64,000 bases of DNA from Naegleria gruberi (lineage: Eukaryota): the NCBI GenBank assembly GCA_000004985.1, contig GG738851.1; one strand, written 5' to 3'. Position numbers and translations under genes: made by a program. The notes beneath the pieces are model-generated. The model searched no databases. It was not told the DNA's origin and was given only the letters and a program-made list of their open reading frames with translations. Of this stretch, positions 1 to 8,989 are shown in pieces. Each line of letters starts with the position of its first letter. The first letter of the stretch is position 1.

Positions 1-2316
1 GAAAGTTGCCAATGTAACTTGGGATATCATGGACCTATGTGTAATGTAATTGAATGTTTTAATCAATATTCCAATCAGAGTAGTGCCTGCAGTGGTCACG
101 GGCAGTGCATTCTACCAAATCTATGCCAATGTCATGAGAATTCTTTCACTGGACTTGAATGTGAACTTCCAGTATGTAACAATATTACACAAACTGATCC
201 AAGAGTATGTTCTGCTAATGGAGAATGCAAAGCAATCAATGATACTACGATATGTGATTGTAGGAATGGATATGCAGGAACTGATTGCGAATTTCCAACT
301 TGTCTTGGAATTCCTTCATCTGATGTCGACAGAGTTTGTGGTGGAAAGGGAGATTGCTTGGCCCCTAATTTGTGTAAATGCAAAGATGGACTATATGATG
401 GATTATATTGTGAATTTCCAACATGTAGTGGAAAATCAATGAGAAATAATACGGCATGTAGCGGTTTGAATCAAGGAATTTGTGAATCTCTAAACAATTG
501 TGTCTGTAAACATGGATATACAGGAAACGAATGTCAAATTCCAATATGTTTTTCTGAATTGTCATCGTCACCTCTTGTATGCAGTGGACGTGGTACTTGT
601 ACATCAGCTGACCGTTGCAAATGTAAGAACGGCTATTCAGGAAAGAATTGTGAAGTTCCTCATTGTTTTGGTATCAGTGCTAATCTTTCAAGAGTTTGTA
701 ACTGGAGAAATGGTACCTGTGTTGATAAGGATCGATGTGAATGTAATTTAGGATATCATGGCAATAATTGTCAAGTTCCAACTTGTAATGGAATTCTCTC
801 TACTGAGCCGTCATGTTGTGGAGGACCATTGCGAGGTCAATGTTTGGCTCACAACTCTTGCTCATGTGCCCATGGTAAATATGGTGGACCAAATTGTGAG
901 TTTTCCTATTGCTTTGGAATACTTTCGAGTGAGGCAAATGTTTGTAAGGGAACGGGAACTTGTATTTATCATGACAAGTGCGAATGCCATCTTGGTTACG
1001 CTGGTAGTGATTGTGGAGTCCCTTTAGAGGCAGTGTATATTGCCTCATCGATTGGCGGAGTTATTGTCTTGGCCTTATTAGTCATTCTCCTTGTTGTTTG
1101 TTCCTTGTATTTGAGAAAAGTTATTAAGGCAAAGCAAAATTTGAAAAGAATGGAGAATCTTGTCGATGATAGGGAAATGTATACATCATTGGTAGAAACC
1201 AGTTTTCACAGCACATCCTCGAAGGATTTGTTTTTAAATCCGAGTGACTTTCAACCAATTCAGGGACAATACAGAGCCATGGAAGGTGGGCAAGGAAAAG
1301 TCTACGTCGCCAATTATATTGGTATCAAAGTTGCACTTAAAAAGTTCCATAACAATGTTCCAAATGATGACATGGACGAATTGTCAAATGGAATTTCTGA
1401 AGACATTGAAAAGGAAATGAGAATGTTAAACGGTCTAAGACATCCAAGTATTGTTACATTTTATGGATATACTCTCTATAATGGATCTCCTTCCATGGTT
1501 ATGGGATACGTTCCTCACGCCCTAAATTCAATCATTTACAAAATAAGGAGAGGTCAGAAAATGAGTTTGGATTTGAAAATTCAAATAATTTACAATGTTA
1601 GTCAAGGATTGGAACATTGTCATACAAGATCTCCTCCAGTGATTCACAGAGATATAAAATCAGCAAATATTTTACTGGATGTCAAGTCTGAAGAGGAAAA
1701 TATTATTTCAGAAGTAACAGAAGTCAAGATTTGTGATTTTGGATTAAGTACTAAAGCGGATAGAGCTGAAACAAAGGTTATAGGTACTCCACATTATATG
1801 GCACCTGAGCTATTTACTTTGAGAAATATGTACACTGACCTGTTTGTAAATGATGATGAAGATGAAGATGAAATTACAGATGGCAGCTTTGATGATTCAG
1901 TGGATTATGACACATCTTCCGATGTATATTCTTTAGCTATTGTTATGTGGGAGCTATTCTTTGAATTACCACCGTATGACATGTCCGTTTATGATCAATG
2001 TCATCCTTCACTTTTTAGAAAAATTGCCAAACATCGAAAAATGTCTGCCCAAGCCTCCAAAGATTTACTTTCAAGAGGTATTCTCCTGAGTAAGGCTAAT
2101 TTCAGACCATTCATCCCATTCGATGATAGCAACACTCAAGATTGGTTATTGAATTACAGAACCTTTGATGTTAAATTATTTGGAATTGACCAACTTGAAA
2201 CCTTAACTAAACAATTCATAAATCTCATGAAAGAATGTTGGAAGACAGATCCATATCAAAGACCTCAATCTTCCAAACTCAAAGAACAACTCCAAAAGAT
2301 GCTGAATAAGAAATAA
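1..2316 (+). CDS. Receptor-type protein kinase, 5'-partial. The frame is open from base 1. It has about 12 EGF/laminin-like Cys repeats (CxCxxGYxGxxCE[FLV]PxC), one TM helix and a C-terminal TKL-like kinase domain.
   Basis: - The frame reads ESCQCNLGYHG from nt 1, matching the internal repeat unit, so the ORF-track 'M' at 19 is internal.
- A hydrophobic helix (VYIASSIGGVIVLALLVILLVVCSLYL) follows the repeats.
- Kinase motifs are present: GQGKVYVA…VALKK, HRDIKSANILL, DFGLS, GTPHYMAPE.
- A TAA stop lies at 2314–2316. Confidence 0.8.
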   Translation, partial: ESCQCNLGYHGPMCNVIECFNQYSNQSSACSGHGQCILPNLCQCHENSFTGLECELPVCNNITQTDPRVCSANGECKAINDTTICDCRNGYAGTDCEFPTCLGIPSSDVDRVCGGKGDCLAPNLCKCKDGLYDGLYCEFPTCSGKSMRNNTACSGLNQGICESLNNCVCKHGYTGNECQIPICFSELSSSPLVCSGRGTCTSADRCKCKNGYSGKNCEVPHCFGISANLSRVCNWRNGTCVDKDRCECNLGYHGNNCQVPTCNGILSTEPSCCGGPLRGQCLAHNSCSCAHGKYGGPNCEFSYCFGILSSEANVCKGTGTCIYHDKCECHLGYAGSDCGVPLEAVYIASSIGGVIVLALLVILLVVCSLYLRKVIKAKQNLKRMENLVDDREMYTSLVETSFHSTSSKDLFLNPSDFQPIQGQYRAMEGGQGKVYVANYIGIKVALKKFHNNVPNDDMDELSNGISEDIEKEMRMLNGLRHPSIVTFYGYTLYNGSPSMVMGYVPHALNSIIYKIRRGQKMSLDLKIQIIYNVSQGLEHCHTRSPPVIHRDIKSANILLDVKSEEENIISEVTEVKICDFGLSTKADRAETKVIGTPHYMAPELFTLRNMYTDLFVNDDEDEDEITDGSFDDSVDYDTSSDVYSLAIVMWELFFELPPYDMSVYDQCHPSLFRKIAKHRKMSAQASKDLLSRGILLSKANFRPFIPFDDSNTQDWLLNYRTFDVKLFGIDQLETLTKQFINLMKECWKTDPYQRPQSSKLKEQLQKMLNKK

Positions 2317-2518
2317 ATAACTTGACATTTGAATGGTAATTGAAAAAATCCAATCGACAAGCATTTAAAGACAATAAAATTCAATTTTCTTCAACCTCTG
2401 AGAATATTAACATTTGAATTTCTTGTAAAGCAAAGACCTGTCCTCTTGTCTTACCCTTCAGCCGTCACAATTTTACTTCACACATCAAAACTTCTAAAAA
2501 AAATAATACTAAAACAAA

Positions 2519-3020
2519 ATGCCTAACGACGCCTACGATTACTCAGTCAAATTAAAGACAGAATTCGAACCAGTTCTCAAATTCTTCGAAGTAAAACCAA
2601 CAGGAAATCTCTTCAAAGATTTAACACTTTTAGCAGAAGCCATCGAAGGCGCCAAAATTGATGAAAAATTGACAAAATTCTTTTTCGATTTTTATGATCG
2701 TGACGGCAATGGAACAATAAGTCGTGACGAGTTATCAGTTCTTGTTCGGGATATTGGTGAAGCTATGGGTGATGATTCTATGAAGAATATTACTGATAGT
2801 CAATTAGATGATGCTATGGCAATTTTGGATGAAGATGGATCAGGTGAAATTGAATGGAATGAATTTAAGAATTGGTTTGATGAATTGATGGTATGTTTTT
2901 ATATATTTATAATATTTAATTATAATATTTAAATATTATTAAATATAATGATGATGATGATATTTAACATTGCCTGTTTCGGAATAATTATAGCAAAATG
3001 ATGATGGTGAACAAAAGTAA
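2519..3020 (+). CDS. Small EF-hand Ca2+-binding protein with two EF loops. Probable 2-exon gene: 2519..2890 and 2994..3020, with a 103-nt GTATGT…TTATAG intron.
   Basis: - EF loops are DRDGNGTISRDEL and DEDGSGEIEWNEF.
- The unspliced ORF ends in an odd hydrophobic tail (…MVCFYIFIIFNYNI).
- A GTATGT donor directly follows the ELM codon and a ttatag acceptor lies at 2988–2993.
- The spliced product ends …WFDELMQNDDGEQK*.
- The exon sum is 399 nt, divisible by 3. Confidence 0.55.
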
Positions 3021-3977
3021 AAAACCAAATACATCACCACACCCATGATGATTCATTCCCTTTTCTCTTTCCATATATATTTATAAATTATGATTCTAAC
3101 ACATCATTCAAACAAAAAAAAAATTGTATAAAACTTCGAAATTATTTTCATTTGGTGCGGAATATTATTTTCTATTAGATTATCTAAAAACTTGAATTTT
3201 CACATCAATTTTAGAAGAAGTGTCATCTTCAGATCAATTTACAAAATATTTTACTATTGACATTTTAGAAAAAATTCTCTTCTCTTTAACTTTTACTAAA
3301 GCTTACTCGGTGGCAAACTTGTTCTTCATCGGAAAAGATGAAATCACTTGGATGGCCCAAAGATACCACTCACTGTGGGCAAAGATACCATTTTGTTGAT
3401 ATTTTTATGAGTAAAGAACGGAGAAGATTAAACACTTTAGAGTGGCAATTATGTTGAAAATATTGACTTGAATGTAATTGATGAGAATAGTCCTGGATGA
3501 CAATCATACAAGGAAATGAAACAAGAGTGGTATTTATCACATTGTGATATTCTTGACAACAGGTTTTTGAATGATGATCATATCACTTTACAACATCATC
3601 AAGACATCACCAAATAACCTATGAGATAGTCCAAAAAGAGAAAATTCAAAAACAGGGCAATGAACAACCAGAAGACATTAGCAAATGAATCATACCATTA
3701 ATATTGACAAGATGCAAAGGTTTGACGTGTTAAGAAGGGATTATTTATGCAAATTTCGCTTCTTGTTTGAATATTGTCACTTTCCATCAAATATTGCAAT
3801 ACAACATCAAGAGGCATTAACTTATAATAGGGCCATGCGAAAATAATCGTTGGCTCCATATTCAGACTAGTGTTCTTATTCATTTTGTGCTCATCAGAAA
3901 ATGTACTGTCCTAGAAATCTCTGATCATCAAACGATATGGCAGCTAATAGCTCAAAAATCAAAATCAAAAAAACATA

Positions 3978-6900
3978 ATGACGTCCAGAGTGTTTCCTCA
4001 ATCACAAAACACAGCTAGAGTCGCAGGAAGTGTAGTACTAAACGATGCAGAAACTTCCTCTCAATTTGGAGCAGGAACTTCTACCACTTCAAGCTCATTT
4101 GCTTCATCATTGGGTGGGAAAAGTGTTGTAAACAATGCAGGAATAAGTATTTTCTCACTGATAACAACTCTAAGACCTAAAGATACACTAGTTGGTGACG
4201 AGAATACTTACATGTTCCTAGGAATGATATTCTATCATATCTACTTGATATACAACTCTGTAATACTCTCATCACTTTCAACACCAATGATTAGAGATGA
4301 CGATACTAGAACATTGTGGGGAGTTATACCTGGTTGGATATGGAGAGCTTTGTATTTTCCAATCAATTGGGCATCTGAATTCTATCCTTACTTTCTAATT
4401 ATTTCACTATCAATAGCGTTTCTAATTTTACAATTTTCAACTTGTTTTGGAATTTATTATTGTAAATGGGCTTCAAGAAAGGGAGGAAAATTATTTGGAA
4501 GGATCAAGACATTTCTGCTGAATTCATTGTTATTCCAAAGAACTTTTACTTTATTCATCTTGTCTATTCATGCAATTTTGTTATCTCCAAATCTGGATTC
4601 CCAAAATGGAACTTTATATTATTTTCCAAGTCAATCTTTCAGCTCAGTGATACAAATAGTTTGTACCGTAATAGGATGTGTTGGAATATTGTTGAATATT
4701 GGTTTGACGGCTATTGCAACACTTTTAACTGCTGAAACGAGCCCTAAATTGAGCAAAAGAATTTGGTTTTCATTGTATTCAATTTCGCCTTTCATGTTCT
4801 TTAATTTTGTGAATCAAATTAGTTTAGTTTCAACTATTATTTGTACAGGACCTTATACCTATGTTGCTTCTATTGTGAAGATTGTAATGAACGTATTCCT
4901 GCTTATAGTAACGATGAAATCCTTACCATTCTTTAGAAAATGGGAGAATTGCTTTTATTTGGCATTGGTTAGTTTGAAAGTTTTTACTCCAATCCCAACT
5001 TTAATTTTGCAATTTCTTTCCTCGAATCAATTGAATCAACAAGAGATTGGTGGAATAATGACTGGTGTTACTTTTGCAACGGCAGTCATTTCTTTTGGAT
5101 CTGGCTTTATTATTTCTTACGTTTGGTTAGTAATTGAAATGAAATCAGTCAGAAATATGATTTCTAATAAGGAAGACAGTTCCGCAGCATTGCTTCTTCT
5201 TGAGAAATCAAAAAAGAAACAAGATAGTCTTTCACTATTCCTAAGATTTGCAAGCAATAGTGCTCCAGAAATGAAAGTGAGGGAAGGAAGCGATTTTGAC
5301 TTGGCCAAACATGCTGTAAACACACTAGTCAAACCAATTGAAAATGTTGAACTGTTAATTGTCAGTTCCTTATTTGTATCATTTGGTGGTATTCCAGATT
5401 ATGATAGTTCTCAATCATTTAGTATTGGATTGGCTCTATTACAAAAATCTCAACGAATTTCACCATCACTAGCTCAGGTATTCAATATCATGTTAAGAAA
5501 TGAAGAAATAGAATATCATGCCTTTCATGGAAATAATCTTGAAGTTTTAAGAAAACTTGTAATGGTTGAAAAGAAAGTGAAATCATTGTCTAGATGCCAC
5601 AAGTCATTCTTTAAAGAATTATTGAATGATAAACCATCTATTGGTAAATTAGAACAGATTAATAGTGCCAGTTGTTCAATTTATAACGAATGCGACACAA
5701 TTTATGATAATTTACTGGCTTCTAATAGATCCAACAAGACTCTGTTGAGATCGTATGCTTCCTATTTGGAAAAATACAAGTGGGAAATCCAGTTAGCAAA
5801 ACAATTATTTGAGGAAGCTCAAGACAATGATGAAGATAAGAATAAGCAACCGTTTAAGGCATACGAATCCTCATTCCATAAAGGGAACACCTCTAGGTTT
5901 AGTATAGATTCACAAAGAGCTAATATGGATGGTTGGGATTCAGTAAGTGTTGCTGGTGTAGAAGAGAATGACGAAGAAAGAAAAGATCATGTTTTGAGAA
6001 TGGCAATCAACTCTCCTATGTCAACAATTGTATATTCCACATTGTTTTTCCTATTCTGTGCTCTCTCAGTACTAACTATTTGTATCGTTGCTCCCGTTTC
6101 ACTTGTATTTTCTCAGAGTATCAATGAGAGAATGACCATGCAAGAGAAGGTATGCCTAATGACCTCAGTTCCATACAAATTATTAGCTCAGATTCAAGCA
6201 CTTCAAACAGAATATAATTTGAGAGGAAATAATACTGAAAAGCTACTTAATTCTACCATTGATTATACTAATAACTTGTTGGATACTGTTAAAACAGTGG
6301 TATCGGCTGGAGACAATAATATGCTAATGCCAGAAGTTGCCAGAGAATATTTGAAAAATCAATACGAACTTCAACTTCCAATTACAAATGATTCATTAAT
6401 TGGAAAGGAAATTCCTGCATATACAGCCACCAACGCCTCTATTCAATTCTATTTATCTGCTATGTACACTCATGGAAAGACCTTGTTAAATGAATTTAAT
6501 GCTATGGACGGACTGGTTTCGAATACCGATGAGAATTATGCTTTCTTATTTATTTTCTACAATAGAATTCCAATGACTTTAGCTTTCAATAGCTTGTGCT
6601 CTAAATTTGTTGAAGAAAGTGTATCTTCAATTGAAACAAATTTTGAACGCTTGTGGATAATCACAGTTTCCACTCTGGTAACTTATTTGAGTATTTCACT
6701 AATTTTCTTTACAATATTATTCACACACTCGAGAAGACTTGTTGTTGAGCTCAAAGAAATATTTAGAAGAATAACCAAAGATGAAATAGGGAAAGTTTAT
6801 CACAATTTCGAAAAGAAAATAGATGATTCTATTAGCTCTTCAAATAACCTTTTGAAAATGAGCAATATCCTAATGATTGGAAGTTTCCTCTTTGTAATCA

Positions 6901-8804
6901 TCATCTGCCTATGTTCCTTACTAGTCATTGTAGAGCTCAACAGCAACACCAAACAAAGTGCTCAATCCATGAATATTGTCGGTTCAATCAATGCAGTTTC
7001 ATTAAGAACTGCAAGAACCAACTTTAGATTACTCTGGTATATTGATAGGATAAAGTATTTAACCTTGGAACCTTCATTTGTTAACCAAGAAAATAAGCAA
7101 GATTTACTAGATTTGAGAACTTATTGGAATTATGTTGTGGTAGGCGATGAATCAACTTCTTACACATCTGCCATTTATGGAAAATATGATGATGTTGATT
7201 ATATATTATCTGATCTTTGTAATGATACTATTTCAATGGCTGATCCTTGTCACAGTTTAACTGCTGCCTTGACTGATTACATTACAAAAGCTCTTGATTA
7301 CAATGAAGTGTTCTATTACCAAAAAAAGAGTCAGACATTTATGGTAAATGAATATTTTGGGAAGATATTCTATGTTACGCAGACAATTACTTCCAATTTA
7401 CAAACTTTAATCTCTGCTCTTGTCACTCATGAAAAGGTTTCAAGTGTTGGGATAACAGCTTCTATGATTAGCTTATGTTTTATTTCCGCAATTTTATATG
7501 CTGTCATATGTTATTCATCCTTGAATAGGTATTGGAAAGAAAGAGCTTGTTTGAGAATGATGTTGAATTATATCAATTTAGATCTCATTGAAAGCAATTT
7601 GATATTGAGAGAATATGTCATGTCAAATGTTGTTCCTTCCTCAAAGATTTCCTCTAAAATAGTGCCATCTTTTGAAAGTGAGAAAGAAAAGGATGAAAAG
7701 ATTGAAATGGTCAAGACCATATTGAATGGAGGCGTAGATTCTGCAATTATTTGTGATAAGGATGGAAATATTACAATTTTCAATAATTCTGCTGAGGAAA
7801 TGTTTGGCTATTCCAGATCACAAGTTTTAGGTTTACCAATTCAAACTCTATTCACTTCTGAATATTCTGAGAGAATCATGAAATTGGTTTCTACTGGTGA
7901 ATCGCATGATTCATTCGAAGCAATGTCTCAGAGACGAAACAAGACTCATTTCTCTTCAAAGGTTTCAGTTTCCATTTCCATTCATGAAAAGAAACAAATT
8001 TTGATTGTCTTTATTCGTGATATTACTCCAGAAAAGAAACAGAGTTTATTAATTGCTGAGGAAAAGAAGAAGAGTGAAGATTTACTTTTGAATATTTTGC
8101 CAATGTCCATGGCTTCAAAATTGAAGAATGGTGAGGAGCATTTATATGAAAAAGTGAATGATATTACTGTTTTCTTTAGTGATATGGTTGGATTTACTGC
8201 ATGGAGTTCAAAACTGCAACCTAGTGAACTAGTTCATATCCTAAACTCGATTGTTACTGGATTTGATAAGCTGACTGAAATTCACTTGATTGATAAGATT
8301 AAAACTATTGGAGATGCCTATTTTTGTGTAAGTGGATTACACTCATGTAAATCTTCCGATCACCCAGAAAGAATGTTAAAGTTTGCCATTGAAATTATGT
8401 CCTTTTTAAAGAATATCAACACATCAAATCAAACATTAATTAATGTGAGAATTGGCATGCACACAGGCGATGCTGTTGGAGGAGTCATTGGATTTAAAAA
8501 GTTTGCCTACGATCTGTGGGGTGATACCATCAATACTGCCTCTCGTATGGAATCAACATCACTTCCAGGTAGAATTCAAATTTCCAGATCTACCTATGGA
8601 AGAGTTTATGACCTATTCGAATTTGAAGAGAGATTAATTGAAGTGAAAGGAAAAGGAGAATGTCAGACTTATCTACTGAAAGAGAAACATCATGAGAATC
8701 CAATAGCTCTTAATAACATGGCACAAGTGGAAGATAATGATCATTTAGAAGTTTCACAAGGACCATTTTCAAGCCATAAAGAAGATGAGCAACAGCAACA
8801 GTAA
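3978..8804 (+). CDS. Membrane-bound class III nucleotidyl cyclase, predicted adenylyl cyclase, 1608 aa. It has an N-terminal polytopic TM block, a cytoplasmic coiled-coil region, 4 further TM helices bracketing two N-glycosylation-rich extracytoplasmic loops, a PAS domain and a single C-terminal cyclase domain.
   Basis: - The ATG is in A-rich context (aaaaacataATG).
- There are multiple hydrophobic helices at aa ~75–380 and at ~690, ~890, ~960 and ~1155.
- PAS-like segment: VKTILNGGVDSAIICDKDGNITIFNNSAEEMFGYSRSQVLGLPIQTLF.
- Cyclase motifs: FFSDMVGFT…, KIKTIGDAYF (Lys at the substrate-specifying position), FAYDLWGDTINTASRMEST (Asp). The Lys/Asp pair points to ATP rather than GTP. Confidence 0.85.
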   Translation: MTSRVFPQSQNTARVAGSVVLNDAETSSQFGAGTSTTSSSFASSLGGKSVVNNAGISIFSLITTLRPKDTLVGDENTYMFLGMIFYHIYLIYNSVILSSLSTPMIRDDDTRTLWGVIPGWIWRALYFPINWASEFYPYFLIISLSIAFLILQFSTCFGIYYCKWASRKGGKLFGRIKTFLLNSLLFQRTFTLFILSIHAILLSPNLDSQNGTLYYFPSQSFSSVIQIVCTVIGCVGILLNIGLTAIATLLTAETSPKLSKRIWFSLYSISPFMFFNFVNQISLVSTIICTGPYTYVASIVKIVMNVFLLIVTMKSLPFFRKWENCFYLALVSLKVFTPIPTLILQFLSSNQLNQQEIGGIMTGVTFATAVISFGSGFIISYVWLVIEMKSVRNMISNKEDSSAALLLLEKSKKKQDSLSLFLRFASNSAPEMKVREGSDFDLAKHAVNTLVKPIENVELLIVSSLFVSFGGIPDYDSSQSFSIGLALLQKSQRISPSLAQVFNIMLRNEEIEYHAFHGNNLEVLRKLVMVEKKVKSLSRCHKSFFKELLNDKPSIGKLEQINSASCSIYNECDTIYDNLLASNRSNKTLLRSYASYLEKYKWEIQLAKQLFEEAQDNDEDKNKQPFKAYESSFHKGNTSRFSIDSQRANMDGWDSVSVAGVEENDEERKDHVLRMAINSPMSTIVYSTLFFLFCALSVLTICIVAPVSLVFSQSINERMTMQEKVCLMTSVPYKLLAQIQALQTEYNLRGNNTEKLLNSTIDYTNNLLDTVKTVVSAGDNNMLMPEVAREYLKNQYELQLPITNDSLIGKEIPAYTATNASIQFYLSAMYTHGKTLLNEFNAMDGLVSNTDENYAFLFIFYNRIPMTLAFNSLCSKFVEESVSSIETNFERLWIITVSTLVTYLSISLIFFTILFTHSRRLVVELKEIFRRITKDEIGKVYHNFEKKIDDSISSSNNLLKMSNILMIGSFLFVIIICLCSLLVIVELNSNTKQSAQSMNIVGSINAVSLRTARTNFRLLWYIDRIKYLTLEPSFVNQENKQDLLDLRTYWNYVVVGDESTSYTSAIYGKYDDVDYILSDLCNDTISMADPCHSLTAALTDYITKALDYNEVFYYQKKSQTFMVNEYFGKIFYVTQTITSNLQTLISALVTHEKVSSVGITASMISLCFISAILYAVICYSSLNRYWKERACLRMMLNYINLDLIESNLILREYVMSNVVPSSKISSKIVPSFESEKEKDEKIEMVKTILNGGVDSAIICDKDGNITIFNNSAEEMFGYSRSQVLGLPIQTLFTSEYSERIMKLVSTGESHDSFEAMSQRRNKTHFSSKVSVSISIHEKKQILIVFIRDITPEKKQSLLIAEEKKKSEDLLLNILPMSMASKLKNGEEHLYEKVNDITVFFSDMVGFTAWSSKLQPSELVHILNSIVTGFDKLTEIHLIDKIKTIGDAYFCVSGLHSCKSSDHPERMLKFAIEIMSFLKNINTSNQTLINVRIGMHTGDAVGGVIGFKKFAYDLWGDTINTASRMESTSLPGRIQISRSTYGRVYDLFEFEERLIEVKGKGECQTYLLKEKHHENPIALNNMAQVEDNDHLEVSQGPFSSHKEDEQQQQ

Positions 8805-8989
8805 AAGTAAATTGATTTTACATCTTAAAATTGTTTCATACATCCAAATCCAATAAGGTATGGATAAAATGCTCCAATTAGAACGTTGAATATCGAAAAT
8901 CAAACTCTGCAACACAGTAAAAATCAATGAAAAACTTGATTTTCCTCCCGTAACTCGAAAATGACAAGTGGAAAAAAGAGCGAAAACAC

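Noticed and set aside
50-1048. Small ORFs overlapping the receptor-kinase gene in other frames or on the other strand (50..442, 132..383, 365..604, 500..751, 758..1027, 800..1048).
   Set aside because: They are embedded in a clearly conserved Cys-repeat coding frame. They are overlap artefacts of the ORF finder.
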